A stretch of 64,000 bases of DNA from Eledone cirrhosa (taxonomy: Eukaryota): positions 151,962,001 to 152,026,000 of the forward strand of contig OZ024740.1 of assembly GCA_964016885.1 (NCBI GenBank). Direction: 5' to 3'. The position numbers and the translations under genes are program-made. Below, piece by piece: positions 12,844 through 26,324 of this stretch. Each line of letters begins with the position of its first letter. Positions within the stretch are counted from its first letter, which is position 1. The notes beneath the pieces were generated by a model. It ran no database searches. It was not told the DNA's origin and was given only the letters and a program-made list of their open reading frames with translations.

Positions 12844-13542
12844 TCTATATATATAAAACTTAGAATGTCTGTCTGTGTGTGTGTGAGTTTGAATCTCTAA
12901 AACTAGAGAACCACCCAACCGACTGTTTTCAAATTTTACACATGTAATACTTATGTTTCAGGGAATGTTCTGAGCAAAAACAAATTTGAAATTTTCAATG
13001 CCCTAGGGACCGCAATAGGCGATTTAGCTATCTCTCTCTATAATTCTTAGTCTTTCTCTTTTTAGATAGATACATACATATAACTGCGTTTTTGCAGATT
13101 TTTAGGGGGTTTTTGAGTCGTTACGTCAGACTGATTTCCTTGAAATTATAACTATGTATTAGTCAGTCTCTTCTTCATACCGTGAGCAAAGAAAATCCAA
13201 CTTTTTTATGGCCTAGTGTCCGCATTAGGTGAAAAACTTCATTTTTTTCAGCTTTTTATGGCTTTTTTGAGACGTTACGTCTAGCCGATTTTCAAGAAAT
13301 TTCAAGGCATATTATGCACATAAAAAAATTTCATTTTCTTGATCCCCTAGGGCCCGCATTAGGTGAACACCTGCATTTTTCCTGCTTCATCAAGGAAAAT
13401 CTTAAAGATTATCCAGCCATCAGTATATTCAGTTTATTTTCTTTACATATTGTCCACGCATGCAGTTTTTCCACGATTAGGTCCTTTGGCGGCCCGCGTT
13501 CCAAAATACCTTATCCCGTGCAACGTCGGGTACCACTGCTAG
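12844..13542 (+). mobile_element. Non-autonomous Helitron
   Basis: 5' A|TCTATATATATAAAA, subterminal hairpin CCCGTGCAACGTCGGG, 3' CTAG|T, no TSD, internal imperfect ~130-bp repeats. Confidence 0.85.
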
Positions 13543-13996
13543 TTAGAAATATAAGAGAAATCTACTTAGGTTATATTTTAAAGAAATTTTGGAACTGCAC
13601 AAATCTTTGAAGCAAGAGCTATAGCACAATGGTTGATATGAAGCATTTGCAATGCCTATCAAAAACTATTTATGCGTATTTTAAGTCTTTTAACCACCAT
13701 TTACAATGTAAATGACATTTGCCCATGATGTCGCGCAGAGGGATCGAAATCAAAACCTAATGGTTGCGAACGTCTAACCATTCGGCAATGTAGCATTCTG
13801 TCTGAAAATATACTTAATGTTTAAGTTAACAAAAGCATAGAATGAAAGTTATACTGAAATACTATTTTCCTCTGGATGACGTTTTGTTCTTTTAATATTT
13901 ATTCATGCATTGAACAGATAGCACCTTTCATCCTACAGCGCTTCCGAAATTTGGTGACAGATTTCTCTATAAACCATATATTTATATATGCACGAG

Positions 13997-14028
<32 letters not shown>

Positions 14029-16669
14029 TGTGTGTGTGGGGGGGGGGGGGGGGCAATATCCGTAGATGTCAAAAAGAAAAAGGAAAAACTGCTCAACCGG
14101 AGTGAGAACAGAAATATATTATTGTTTTACGTACACGGCACAATAGCGCTACCCAAGGTTTCAAGATCCAAATTTGACAATACCTCCTGAAAATAAGCAG
14201 CATCAAAATAGTTACCGTTCTTTAGGGGGAAATACGAGTTTATAAGATACAGTTAAACGTAATTTTTGCTAAGTACGCATGTTTCCGAAAGAAAAGATAA
14301 CGTCAAAAAACAAATGGAAATAACTCCCAGATGTAAATATGAATTACGGGATCAACCACATGATTGTGTTTGTATACAATAGCAGAGGTATTGTATTATG
14401 TGATGGAATGTAATATAGAGATGGTAATATTTATTAAGGTACGAAGTATAGTAGTATAGAAAGTGTATAGTATTATGTAAGTATGTAAAGTGAAAGAGGA
14501 AAAAAAGATATAATAGAAGTATATAAATCAAATTAAGGTGGTTGAAAATCAGTTGAATTTGTTGAATATTTCTACTTAGTAAGCAGTTGAGTTTTGAGAT
14601 GGAGGCATCCTCTAAACATTTCGCTCTTTGAGTTCAATTAAATATTAACTGCTTTTTTTTTTAACCCGAACTCTTCATTGAGTTATAGGGCGCAGTCGTG
14701 ACATGCTTTGTCTTGATTTGAAACAAGACGGAGCTCATCCCTCTCCGGGTTTGAACATAGCCTGTTTCTTTCAGAGATAATGAGGACTAGTAGGGATAAA
14801 GAAGAAGAAAATCGCCTAAATACTGCTACTTATTCAGCCACCCCGAAAGGATGAAGGACAAAATTAATTTCAGCAGCATTTTATTTCAGGACACACATAG
14901 CCGGAACAAACACTTCAAAGCCTTTCTATCCAACGTTCTAGCCATTCTTTCAATTTACCACCTTATTCTCCTGCTTACGGCATTATTCTGATTATACGAT
15001 GTAAATTCCAGTCTAATCGATAATACAACATTATGTTTCTAGTTGATACCAATTTCTGTCAAATCCCATTGAGACTGACGAACCTCTAATTCTACATCCG
15101 TAAAATATAATCTATTATGTTATCAAAAGAACTAGATTATTGTACCTAATGTCAGTTTAGGGAAAATGGAGAGAGAAAGACCATTAACTCTTCGTGAAGT
15201 TGAAGGGGTGCCATTCGGAAGCACGGCGTATCTTGAAGATTTTAAAATTGACTGAGCCCATTTCTCTCCAGGTTCGAACTCAGCCGATTTCTTCCAGAGA
15301 AGGTGCGATAATGGAAGAATTGGATCCAGTATTGGACTTTATTTATCGATCTCGAAAGGATGAAAGGCAAATAAATTTTGCTTTTCATCCTATCGAGGTT
15401 GATAACTAAAGTACCAGTCCAATACTGTGGCCGATTCTTCTTCTTCTTGATATATCTCTCTTTCTCTTGAGGAAATCAGTTACGGTCAGATCTGAAAAGG
15501 TCTAGACACTGCCAGGTTTTAAATGCCCATGACACGCCGTAAGTCACTACAATGCCGTTACGACTCCGACAGGAATTAAGAGCCCATGGTAATAATACAA
15601 CCTTCACTTAAAGTCAGATGTTGACTTCATTTTTAGAAGCCAGCATGTAAAGAGAATTTTTTTAATATGATAAGAGAAAAAATTAATACCGTTAGCTCAA
15701 ATGTTTCTAAATAAATGTGTTTAAGAAGGAAAATAATTGACAAAATTTTATCATTAATTTGCTCAAAATGTTCCAACTAAATGCATTTAGCAAAAGAAAG
15801 AAAAAGCACATTTAGAACAATTAAAAAATGTTAGTGCTTTGAAGATCTCGCTTTTCTTTCGTGAATGATTTCAACTCTTCTAACCAGATATCATACATAA
15901 TCTCCCGTCATAAAAGTATCCTAATGGCCTTGAGACTTGCTGTAATGTCTTTCACTCAATTCCTACATGATGTCACCAAAGTTTTCACGGGAAAAATTAA
16001 GACGTGTACAAAGGATAACGTCAGCTCCGACGAAGGGTTGTTCAATTGCGTCTATGGGATGCTCAGGCACACATTAATTTCATGAGCAAACTGTTCCGCT
16101 GATTGAAAAATTGGAATATTCATCGTTGAAACCGATGGAGGTTCATTCCATTTCCTAATGTCAGTGGGAATATATTTTTGTATAGGGATGTTGAGTTGAT
16201 AGTTGGTGGGGCGTTATGAGGTATAATAATACTTTTACACTGTTACAAACCTAAGACGTGACACTGTGTGACAAGATTTGCCCATAAAATTAGTGGTACA
16301 GACCATCTGGTGGGCATCTAAGCCGTTCTTGGCAGCTCAATTTCACTCACATTAAATGAAACTTGTCCTAGATGCTGCGCAGTGGGATCGAGACCGGGAC
16401 CTAACGAATGCAAAGCGAATTTCTTAACCAAACCGTCATGCTGCGTTCACACGAAACTTCTAAAGAAATGCCACATTTCATATTCTTACAATTTTCAATA
16501 AGCTTCCTGTAGTTAGGATTTTTTGAATCCCTGGAAATCCGTGTTATACTCTATGACACGCATGCATTGATTCTCTTTCAACTCTACTCATCTTTCTTTC
16601 ATTTTAATCTGATTTGAATATCACATGTACTTGAGATTCAATAAATATGTTTTGGACCTCCGTCAACTC

Positions 16670-16970
16670 AATGACAAGTGTCCCAGCTGATCGAACAACG
16701 GAACAGACTGCTCGTGAAATCAACGTGTAAGTGACTAAGCATTCTATAGACACCTGCACTCTTAATGTAGTTCACAGGGAGTCAGGGCTACATATTGTGT
16801 GAGAAGGCTGGCCCTTTGAATTACAGGTGCGACTCATTGTTGCCTCGTGAGGGGACTGGAACAACGTGAAATAAAGTCTCTTGATCTAGGACACAATACG
16901 CCACCAGGAATCGAAATCATATATTTATACTCGTAAGCTGAACATTCTAATCCTTAAGCCATGTGCCATC
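16670..16970 (-). mobile_element. tRNA-derived CORE-type SINE
   Basis: Reverse-complement homologue of 7029-7345. Confidence 0.75.
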
Positions 16971-17740
16971 ACGACTGCCTACTCATACGTCGTAAGTTTC
17001 TGCTGATTGTCATGAGGTCAATCCTGATCCCAAAATGCTACAATCAAAAACGCTTTCTTCAGTGGCACAACGCGCCACCATAAATAGAACCCCCCACCTT
17101 ACTATCTGGAGTCGAATACCCTAGCCACTAAATCCTGCGCCTCCAATCAATAAATATATTTTCATATCAATCACTTTTCCAAACTTAAAGTGGATTTCTT
17201 GAAAGACTTTTTTCTAAACTCCAAGGCTTTTACAAATTGTTTATCGCCCACAGTATTATATAAAGTGAAAGTAAGAATATTTTTAGACTTCATAAGAGGT
17301 TGCCTGATAACATTTAATCTTCTTGGCTGGAGTTTCTGTCGTATGAGTATTAAATCTTCCACTAAAGATCACCATTATCTCTTGTTTTTATCTCTAAACT
17401 CCGAAATAATCTTGAACTTTTTGACATAATGGAACCCCACCTACACACACACATATACACCACCCACCCACCCACCCACCCAAAAAACAGGGACAGAGAC
17501 ATACGCACAAACCACGGAACATCGAAATATGATTGACATAACCAATCGAAACCGGTAATATTTGGTAAAATTTAAATTCATTTAATGTAACAAATATAAA
17601 AATATTTATTTTGTTGGAAAAGAAAAAAAAAGAATCTTTTAATATAATTCTGTGCTTTTCCATTATGACATTTTACCTATAATAATCGATTTGTATGGAA
17701 CTTTACCCTATTTTTATCTATCTATCTATATATATATATA

Positions 17741-17890
17741 GTTAAAAATGAACGAACAAAACACAGTTTTATTAGGTTCACGCTCGGTGGAAATGGAGGA
17801 GGTTTCAACGATTCAAACATAAGTCCTTCATCAGGAAAGTTTGGATAGGGTAAGAACAAGAACTCCGAGAAGGAGTAAGGGGGATTTTAA
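17741..17890 (-). mobile_element. PLE pLTR-like module with a degenerate hammerhead (17803-17838) ending in (TA)n
   Basis: Minus strand TTTC-CTGATGA-AGGACTTATGTTT-GAATC-GTT-GAAA; same family as 59780-59963. Confidence 0.55.
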
Positions 17891-17967
17891 GGAGGGAAGT
17901 TACAAAGTAAAAAATACAATATAATGATAAATATATGATAAATATATATATATACCATATATATATA

Positions 17968-18085
17968 GGCGTGTGGCTGAGTGGTTAGAGAATTGGATTC
18001 GCAATCGTAAGGTTGTGAGTTCGATTCCTGGACCAGGCGATGCGTTATGTCCTTGAGCAAGACACTTTATTTCACGTTGCTCCTT
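17968..18085 (+). mobile_element. 5' part of a CORE-type SINE
   Basis: GGCGTGTGGCTGAGTGGTTAG...GTTCGATTCC...TGTCCTTGAGCAAGACACTT. Confidence 0.75.
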
Positions 18086-18277
18086 CTACCTGGAGTTGCG
18101 ACCGATAGATAGTATTAGCAATTGGAAAGACCAACGGAAACATTGTTCCCTCGGTCCGATTTAACGAAAGTTGATCGTTCTTAAAAATATATGGTATTTT
18201 AAAACCGATAACGTATGGTCTTCAAAAATGTTTTTAATTAAACATACGGTATATTGCCATAATATACTATACATACA

Positions 18278-18313
<36 letters not shown>

Positions 18314-18391
18314 TTCAGGGTTCAATCAGGGGTAACCACAGTAAGTAAGGTACTCAATACATAGCAGAGTATAAATGTTTTAATATAGAAA

Positions 18392-18442
18392 AGCTTCTAC
18401 AGGACTAGAACTGTTTCATTCGTGAGAAATCATCAGGAAGCT
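18392..18442 (-). ncRNA. Type I hammerhead ribozyme motif in a pLTR-like module (18310-18850)
   Basis: Minus strand: AGCTTC-CTGATGA-TTTCTCACGAAT-GAAA-CAG(ttctagtc)CTG-TA-GAAGCT; 6-bp stem I, GUA triplet; ~80-nt tail then (TA)n. Confidence 0.8.
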
Positions 18443-18996
18443 GACTGTCCAAGTAAATGTGGTGGTATTTACATCTTTTCTGGTAGTAGGAGAGGGTGGG
18501 GATTGGGATGGGTGGAGGTCATTGGTTGATGGGTTTAAAGAAAAGGGAATTCATTAAAAGCTAATTCTTTAAAGCTATAATTTATATTAATGACAAAGGC
18601 AGAAAGAATATTGTAATCAGGTTCAAATTGGAATATCAATCCTTGTCTATCTCTTAAACTAACAATGCCTGTAAGTCAGGTGTCTACAGGATGGGTGGGG
18701 TTCATTGGTTTAAAGAAAGGGGAATTTTTTAGAAGCTAATTCTTTAAGGCTGAAGTAAGGGTGACAAAGGCAGAAAGAATTCTATAAACAGGTTCAAGTT
18801 TGGGGTGCTTCCCCTTATTGTGAAGTTCCTCTTAATTTATATTCCAGGTGTCAACAAGCAGATTCACACACGCACCCACTTACACACATACACACACACG
18901 CACACACGCACACACAGGCAGACACACACACAACAAACATACATATAAATACATATATATATATACACACATATGTATATATATGTATATATATAC

Positions 18997-19069
<73 letters not shown>

Positions 19070-19247
19070 TATATGCACATCTATATATATATATACATAT
19101 ATATATATACATACACATACATAAATATACATACGTACACATAGACATATACACATATATAAACAAACACACACATATATACATATACCCACATATATAT
19201 ACATATACACATACATATATATATATATATACATATATACGTATATA

Positions 19248-19329
<82 letters not shown>

Positions 19330-19374
19330 CATATATACACACATACACACATATACATCCATATATTCACACAT

Positions 19375-19421
<47 letters not shown>

Positions 19422-19455
19422 TAAAGTTTTTATATAGAAGTTTTAATATAGAAGT

Positions 19456-19504
19456 GATTCTACAGGACTAGAACTGTTTCATTCGTGAGAAATCATCAGT
19501 AATC
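19456..19504 (-). ncRNA. Second copy of the 18392 hammerhead, followed by an inverted copy of its 3' tail (19531-19603)
   Basis: GATTA-CTGATGA-TTTCTCACGAAT-GAAACAG...CTGTA-GAATC; core identical, stem I altered. Confidence 0.7.
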
Positions 19505-19644
19505 TGACTGTCCAAGTTTATTTCGGGATGAAAACTTTGATACTCTGCGATGTATTGAGTACCTTACTTACTGTGGTTACCTCCGATTCATCCCGGAATA
19601 ACTTATATATATATATATATATATATAAACATGTGTGTGTGTGA

Positions 19645-19717
<73 letters not shown>

Positions 19718-20293
19718 TGTGTGTGTGTGTGTGTGTGTATGTGTGTGTGTGTGTGTGTGTCAGACTTAATAAAACGTGCAGCCACGAGTTTCATCAGCCG
19801 GAATTTTCAGGATTAAATATTCTCACAAGATATCGAAATTCTGTAGAATTTCATAGATTTCTATGGTTTGTTACATTTAAACTCAGTACTACACCGTAGA
19901 GATATATAATAAAATATTGTGTGGCTGCCAACAACGCACGGTCTATCTTGGACAGAGACAAATAAGCGTTCAAAACTGTGCAACTGTGCAACTTATGAAA
20001 TATCATATAATGGACTACCTTGCAGTGACAATGATCAGAAAGACAGAAATAGTATTGATTACATACAGTGCATGACAACAAGTTTTGGGTTCTCTTTTCA
20101 GACATTTCTGGGCAACAGACAAAGTGGCACATCATGATCTTTTGTTTAATTTCAACAACTGTGATGAATATCCAGTGAAGGTCACTGTCACCAAATTCCT
20201 GTGAAAACATGTTGTGGAATAACTAACTACCAGGAACTGTATATGTGACTGTGTGTGTATGTATTCCTGTGTGTGTGTGTGCGTGTGTGTGTG

Positions 20294-20374
<81 letters not shown>

Positions 20375-20378
<4 letters not shown>

Positions 20379-20645
20379 GGTACAGTGAGGCTTAATGTTT
20401 AGAGTGTTCGGCTCATGATCTTTATTCACATTGCACTAGGTCACTCAGCTAGCAAAAAAGAGCTATACCTTTAATTCAGAGGACCAGCCTTGTCACTCAC
20501 TCTATCATGCCGATTGTCTCTGGGATATACGTTAAATATGGAATGCTTCTGTGAAATGCTTCAACTAGCTGTATGTTAATTTTATGAGCAGTTTGTTCTG
20601 TTGGTTGAATAACTAGCGCAACCGTCGTCAGATCAGATGGAAGTC
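20375..20645 (+). mobile_element. CORE-type SINE, degraded
   Basis: Homology to 7029-7345. Confidence 0.65.
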
Positions 20646-22469
20646 TAATGCACGCAATATGTGTCTGTGGGTTGTTATTTATCTACATGCTGGCGTGCTA
20701 CTTATGAAGTATGAATTATCAATTATCATGTTGGTTCTTGTTTTGTCATTATTATGATTGATATTATTATCATTCTTTTTGTTCTTATTCAATTCTTACT
20801 GTTTTCATTTGCCATCACCATTCACGACAATCATTACAGCTGTTTTTGTTGTTGCTGTTGGTGTTACTGATGTATTTTCGTTCACGATGTGTAATATCTT
20901 TGCTGTTGCTGCTGATATTGTTACATCATCATTATCGTCATCGCTGTTGCTGTTATTATTAATGTCTTCATCATCGTTGTCGTTGTTATTGCAGTCGATA
21001 TTATTTTAATAACATCTTTAGAGAAATAATTTAGCGAAATAAGGCACCTGCTAGTCTGAAAAAATGGCGCCGATATACTTCCTGTTTGGTTTTGTTTGCT
21101 TTTCTCTTCATTTTTCTTTATCTTTTTGTTCTTATTCTTATCATTTCTTTCATTTCTGGAGGAAGGTTTATTGTTGTTCTTTTGTTTTTGCTTTTTTTAA
21201 AATTTGCTTGTTCATTTAAAATATATTTACAGTAATTCTTTCACTTTTCCCTTCTGCGTTAAGTTTCTTCGTCGTGTTGAAAATTTGCCAGAAAATTCTG
21301 TGAAATGGTGCAATCATTATTATATTTCTATTTTAATTACGTGCTTTCACATTATATATTTGACTGCATGCTTCTTTTAATTCTTCTAAAGGCACTTATT
21401 ATTATTATAAAGATTGTTTCTTTATTCAACACCCGTATTCTCACAATCACTATTTCCAGTAATTTGTGGTTGGATAATTTCTCCATTTCATTTGGTGATA
21501 AACTATTGTATCTCGTTTCTATAATATCCGATTAGCCTTGGCCTCCTTCTCTATGTGGCTTGACATATTTTTTAGAGTTATCCCTTTGTTGGTATTTTAT
21601 AATGTTGGATTTCTGTGTGTGTGACTAAGTACATTGTAATACTGCGTATCTACGCGAGTGAAATGGTTAGTGCTAGGAACGGTATCCGAATGTAAAACTT
21701 TGCCATTGATGACTATGAAACCACTCATTAGTCCCATAAGTTTAACCCTTGTTAAAGCAGGGAAATCTCCTTAAAACGCATAATGTGTACTTCATCATGA
21801 AGAATATGAGCAAAAGTGGATGATCATAGAAAGAGGAAAAACGAAATGCGACGTTTGTAGTAAATCAGACTACCTCTGAAATTCTGCCCGTAATGAAATC
21901 AAGGTGAGTTTAGTCCCCCTACACCACCAACACCACCACCACCACTAAAAACACCTGTTTTGCTACAATGACAACCTCTACTACACATATATATTATTCA
22001 ATAAACAATACGTACATTTACATGTGAAACACTATGTCGGAACACCAATACAAATTTTAATTTAAGCCTGGTTGGTTACCATCAGCTCATAAACATAGCC
22101 TGAAATCTATCAGATTCAAGCTTACATTAGCCTCAACAAAGACGGGAAAATATGTAGTCTCGATAACTGCTAATATGCAAGAGACGAGTCGCTTACTTCC
22201 TCCTGCTGTTGCATACATACAAGAACCATAAATGATATATTTACAAACATGACGATGTGAGACGGTCGACATAGAAGGTATGTGTGTAAGAGGAAAGAGG
22301 AAAACCATCGTGACAGGATAATATATGCATACGCACTCACACACACACAGACATATATATATATATATATTAGATAATCAGGATTATTTTTGAAAACCTA
22401 CCTATCTTCTTAAAAAACGCTATAATTTATATTGTATGAACTAATGTCTTTTTGTTATATATTGTAAAT

Positions 22470-22618
<149 letters not shown>

Positions 22619-22730
22619 ATATATATAAAACATTAGATGCATCTTCAAATTTATATTATTATTTTCCATATATAAATATATATATATATACACACACACA
22701 CATATACACAAATATATATGTGTTTTTGCG

Positions 22731-22767
<37 letters not shown>

Positions 22768-23103
22768 GGCTTTAGATATATGTTGTAATGATTGATTATA
22801 TGGTAAACAAATAGGGAAAGCGGTCAGGTATGTGGAGATATGAATAAATCTGGTGATTGGCGATTTCGTCTTAAAATAACCTTCTTCATACTCTGAAGTG
22901 AAGTAAACATATAAAGATAAGCAACCCCGCTTCCCTGCACACAAGTAACAGAGACTTGTTTACTTTTTGTTGACATTATAGGCGTTAATGTAATTCATAA
23001 TATTGTGAAAGCATATGGTTTAGAGATTGCAATGTTGGGCTCACGACCGTCTAGTCTTGATTTCTATTCTATAGTGGTGAAATAATTTGTACCTATGGTT
23101 TAA

Positions 23104-23280
23104 CCCTTTAGCATTTAAACCGGCTGTAATTGTCCGCTCATACTGATGTTAATGTATTGTTCTCAAAATAAATAACATCAAAATCTCAGAGATTCGATAT
23201 TATGTGAGATAATCATGTGAGGCAAAGCCATTACTGTGAAAATATAATAGTATATATAGAGTAATGTAAATGCTAATGAG
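23104..23280. mobile_element. piggyBac-type MITE inserted in a SINE (~23010-23440)
   Basis: TTAA at 23100-23103 and 23281-23284; imperfect TIRs CCCTTTAGCATTTA / TAAATGCTAATGAG; SINE sequence resumes after it. Confidence 0.65.
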
Positions 23281-24009
23281 TTAAGTGACCAGCCTTGTCA
23301 TACAGACTGAATTTACCTAAGAAAAACATTAAGAGTACACGTGGGTGTAGAAGGCTCTGGCTATTGCACATCAATTTCAGCAGCAGACTTCTACATTGCA
23401 TCAACTGGAAAATTCATAATCGGAACCGACTGAGTTCGACTAAACCGTTTTAATAATCTGAAGAATGATATGAAGTTAAGTATACATAAACAGGCAAATA
23501 CTGAAAAACCTCTCTCTCTCACCAGCAACAGAGGTTTATCTGTTTGTTTTTGATGCTGTAGGTACTGTTGAACTTATTGATATTATTGTGAAGGCATGTG
23601 ACATGTTTTGTTCTGGAGCAAGACATTGTTTAATGTACAGTTTACTCAACTAGCAAGAATTAGTTATACCTCTAATTCAAAGAGTCAGAATTATCCCAAA
23701 CCATTTCAACTGAATCTCCCTGAGAACTACATTACGTGTAATCGAGCCTATGGAACGCTCAGAGAGTTACACGATAATTTCAAGAACAGCCTATTGATTG
23801 GAACACACATCCTCGAAAGCAACGGAGGTCCAACACGACACACCACCATTGATACTATAGTCATTAACTTTGTAGTTATAGTTTTGGTGTTGTCGTTGCT
23901 GTTCTTGGTGTCGTTGTTATTGCTGTTGTTTCCTGTTACATTTCACTATTCTAAACGTTCTATATCTATCTGTAAGTTAAACACAAATGGAAGCCATTTT
24001 GTGAGTGTA

Positions 24010-24108
<99 letters not shown>

Positions 24109-24207
24109 ATGCGTGCATATTATTTTACAAATATATATACACACACATACATAGTCATACATACACACAAACACATACACACACACATACACACGCACTC
24201 ATGCATC

Positions 24208-24259
<52 letters not shown>

Positions 24260-25325
24260 TGAGTCTGCGGTGTTGAAAGCGGGGAGACCACTAATCATGG
24301 GAGACCACTGATCGTGGGGAGATGCAGTGTGGGTATAGAGATATGATTATATATATATATATCTAACTTTAAATGTATACCTAATTGTGTATGGTTGACG
24401 ATATATTTAGTCGATTTCTACATGCTGTTGAAATGTTGGGTAAATATTCTATTGCGGTCGGCCGCGAAGTGGCTGCTGTCATTTATTTATCAAATATTTC
24501 TTCATAGGAGCCTTTATTCTTATAGCCTGGTCTAATTGATTTTTTATGTGGTTAATTATGCTAATTGGGAGAGGAAATTGTGTATATATTTTATCAAATG
24601 ATTCTATGGACATACTTTTGATATATATAAATACCATATATCTTTAGATTTAAGCTGAACCATTTTTGATAATGATCTGTTCTACCATATCTGTAGATAT
24701 CAATTAAAATGTATATATATTTGAACAAAATATTATTTTTTAAGTACCATTTAGAAGAAAATATATTTAGAGAAAATACAATTATAGTAAATACAGTTTT
24801 AGAAAATTTAGTTATAGAAAATGTTATAGAACTGTATAGAATTATGTAGTAATATGCAACATTTTATGGCAGTCTACACACTCAATATATTTATACATGC
24901 ATATGTGTGCAAATATATATGTATATATTAATGCGTGTATATTACTTGTATTTATCACGTATATTAATATGAATGTATCTCTTTCTCTCTCTTTCTCTCT
25001 CTCTCTCTATCTTCGTCTCTCTCTCTCTCTATCTATATATATATATATATATATTAAATTAGGTATCAATCGAAGTTGTAACTGCCATATAGCAGGTATA
25101 TTCTAGTTGTTTGAGGCAATCAATATATATATATATATATATCTGTGTGTGTGTGTGTATACAGAGGGAGATAGTGAGGGAGAGATAGAAATAGATAGAC
25201 ACCCTTTCACTTCTTCTTCTTCTTCTTCTTCTGTTTATTTTTAAACGGATCGTAGGAGAGAGGTTCTCAAGCATGCCTTCCAGCCAGAGCTGGATTTAAT
25301 GTGTGTGGAAGGAACAATTACCCGT

Positions 25326-25367
25326 GTGCACCCTAATGAAAATATCATCCCTTGAAAGTCAGTGTAC
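25326..25367 (+). ncRNA. Degenerate hammerhead motif
   Basis: GTGCACC-CTAATGA-...-GAAA-GTC-AGTGTAC; stem I largely retained, core mutated, stem III deleted. Confidence 0.4.
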
Positions 25368-26022
25368 CGTAAATACCCAACGGGTTACCCCTCTACCAAT
25401 GGGGTTCCTCCTACCTGACAGTGGATGGCTCTGTACCAGAGGGGAAGTATATATACATTGAGCCTTAAAAACAGCAAATACACGCGCACACACACACCAT
25501 ACACACACACACACACAACACACACACATACACACTCACACACACGCGCGCACGCACGCGCGCACACACACATTAATTATAACGAGCCAGACAATTAGAT
25601 TTTGCCCAGCTTCTCTGCAATCCAAAAATCGTATGTTGTAAATACGAATTTGCAAATCAGAGTGGAGACAATAGTTTACCACGTCGTATTTCCGAAATAA
25701 ATTATACAAACTTCACATACCCAGAACTGACGGGTGAATCTTCGGTGGAGTTCAGTCCTAATACTAGCGAGGGAATTTGACCGAGATACTGGCAAAGTCA
25801 AAACGTAACCCCACTTCCAACGGGTCCTGTCAGAAGCAACCGTCACCCAATTAATTCGGCTGGATCCACAAACAAGCCGATCTAAGCTCATGTATGTTAC
25901 CATCTTACTCGGGGCCTACCCCTGGGTGTCCTGCCGGTTGGCTTTGCCTGTAAAATATGTTCAGCGATTCTTTCCTTAGGCATTCTAACCACATACCCAT
26001 AATATCGAGTTGTTTGTGGTAA

Positions 26023-26197
<175 letters not shown>

Positions 26198-26225
26198 ATA
26201 TATATATATATAGATATAGATATAG

Positions 26226-26294
<69 letters not shown>

Positions 26295-26324
26295 TAGATA
26301 TAGATAGATAGATATAGATATCTT

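Noticed and set aside
17171-17429. Possible host exon on the minus strand
   Set aside because: In-frame stop after 21 codons from the ATG, no recognisable domain, no convincing splice sites
19760-19812. CTGATGAAAC on the minus strand as a hammerhead
   Set aside because: Core halves overlap and no stem I partner was found
19851-20210. Cys/His-rich ORF reminiscent of a piggyBac transposase C-terminal domain
   Set aside because: Spacing too degraded to assign by eye; needs tBLASTn
21040-21090. AAAATGGCG plus ACTTCCTG (YY1/ETS-like motifs) as a promoter
   Set aside because: Short motifs with no CpG island or downstream gene evidence
22850-22900. ATGAAGA...GAAATCGCCAATC on the minus strand as a decayed hammerhead
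   Set aside because: Too many core changes and no clear stem I
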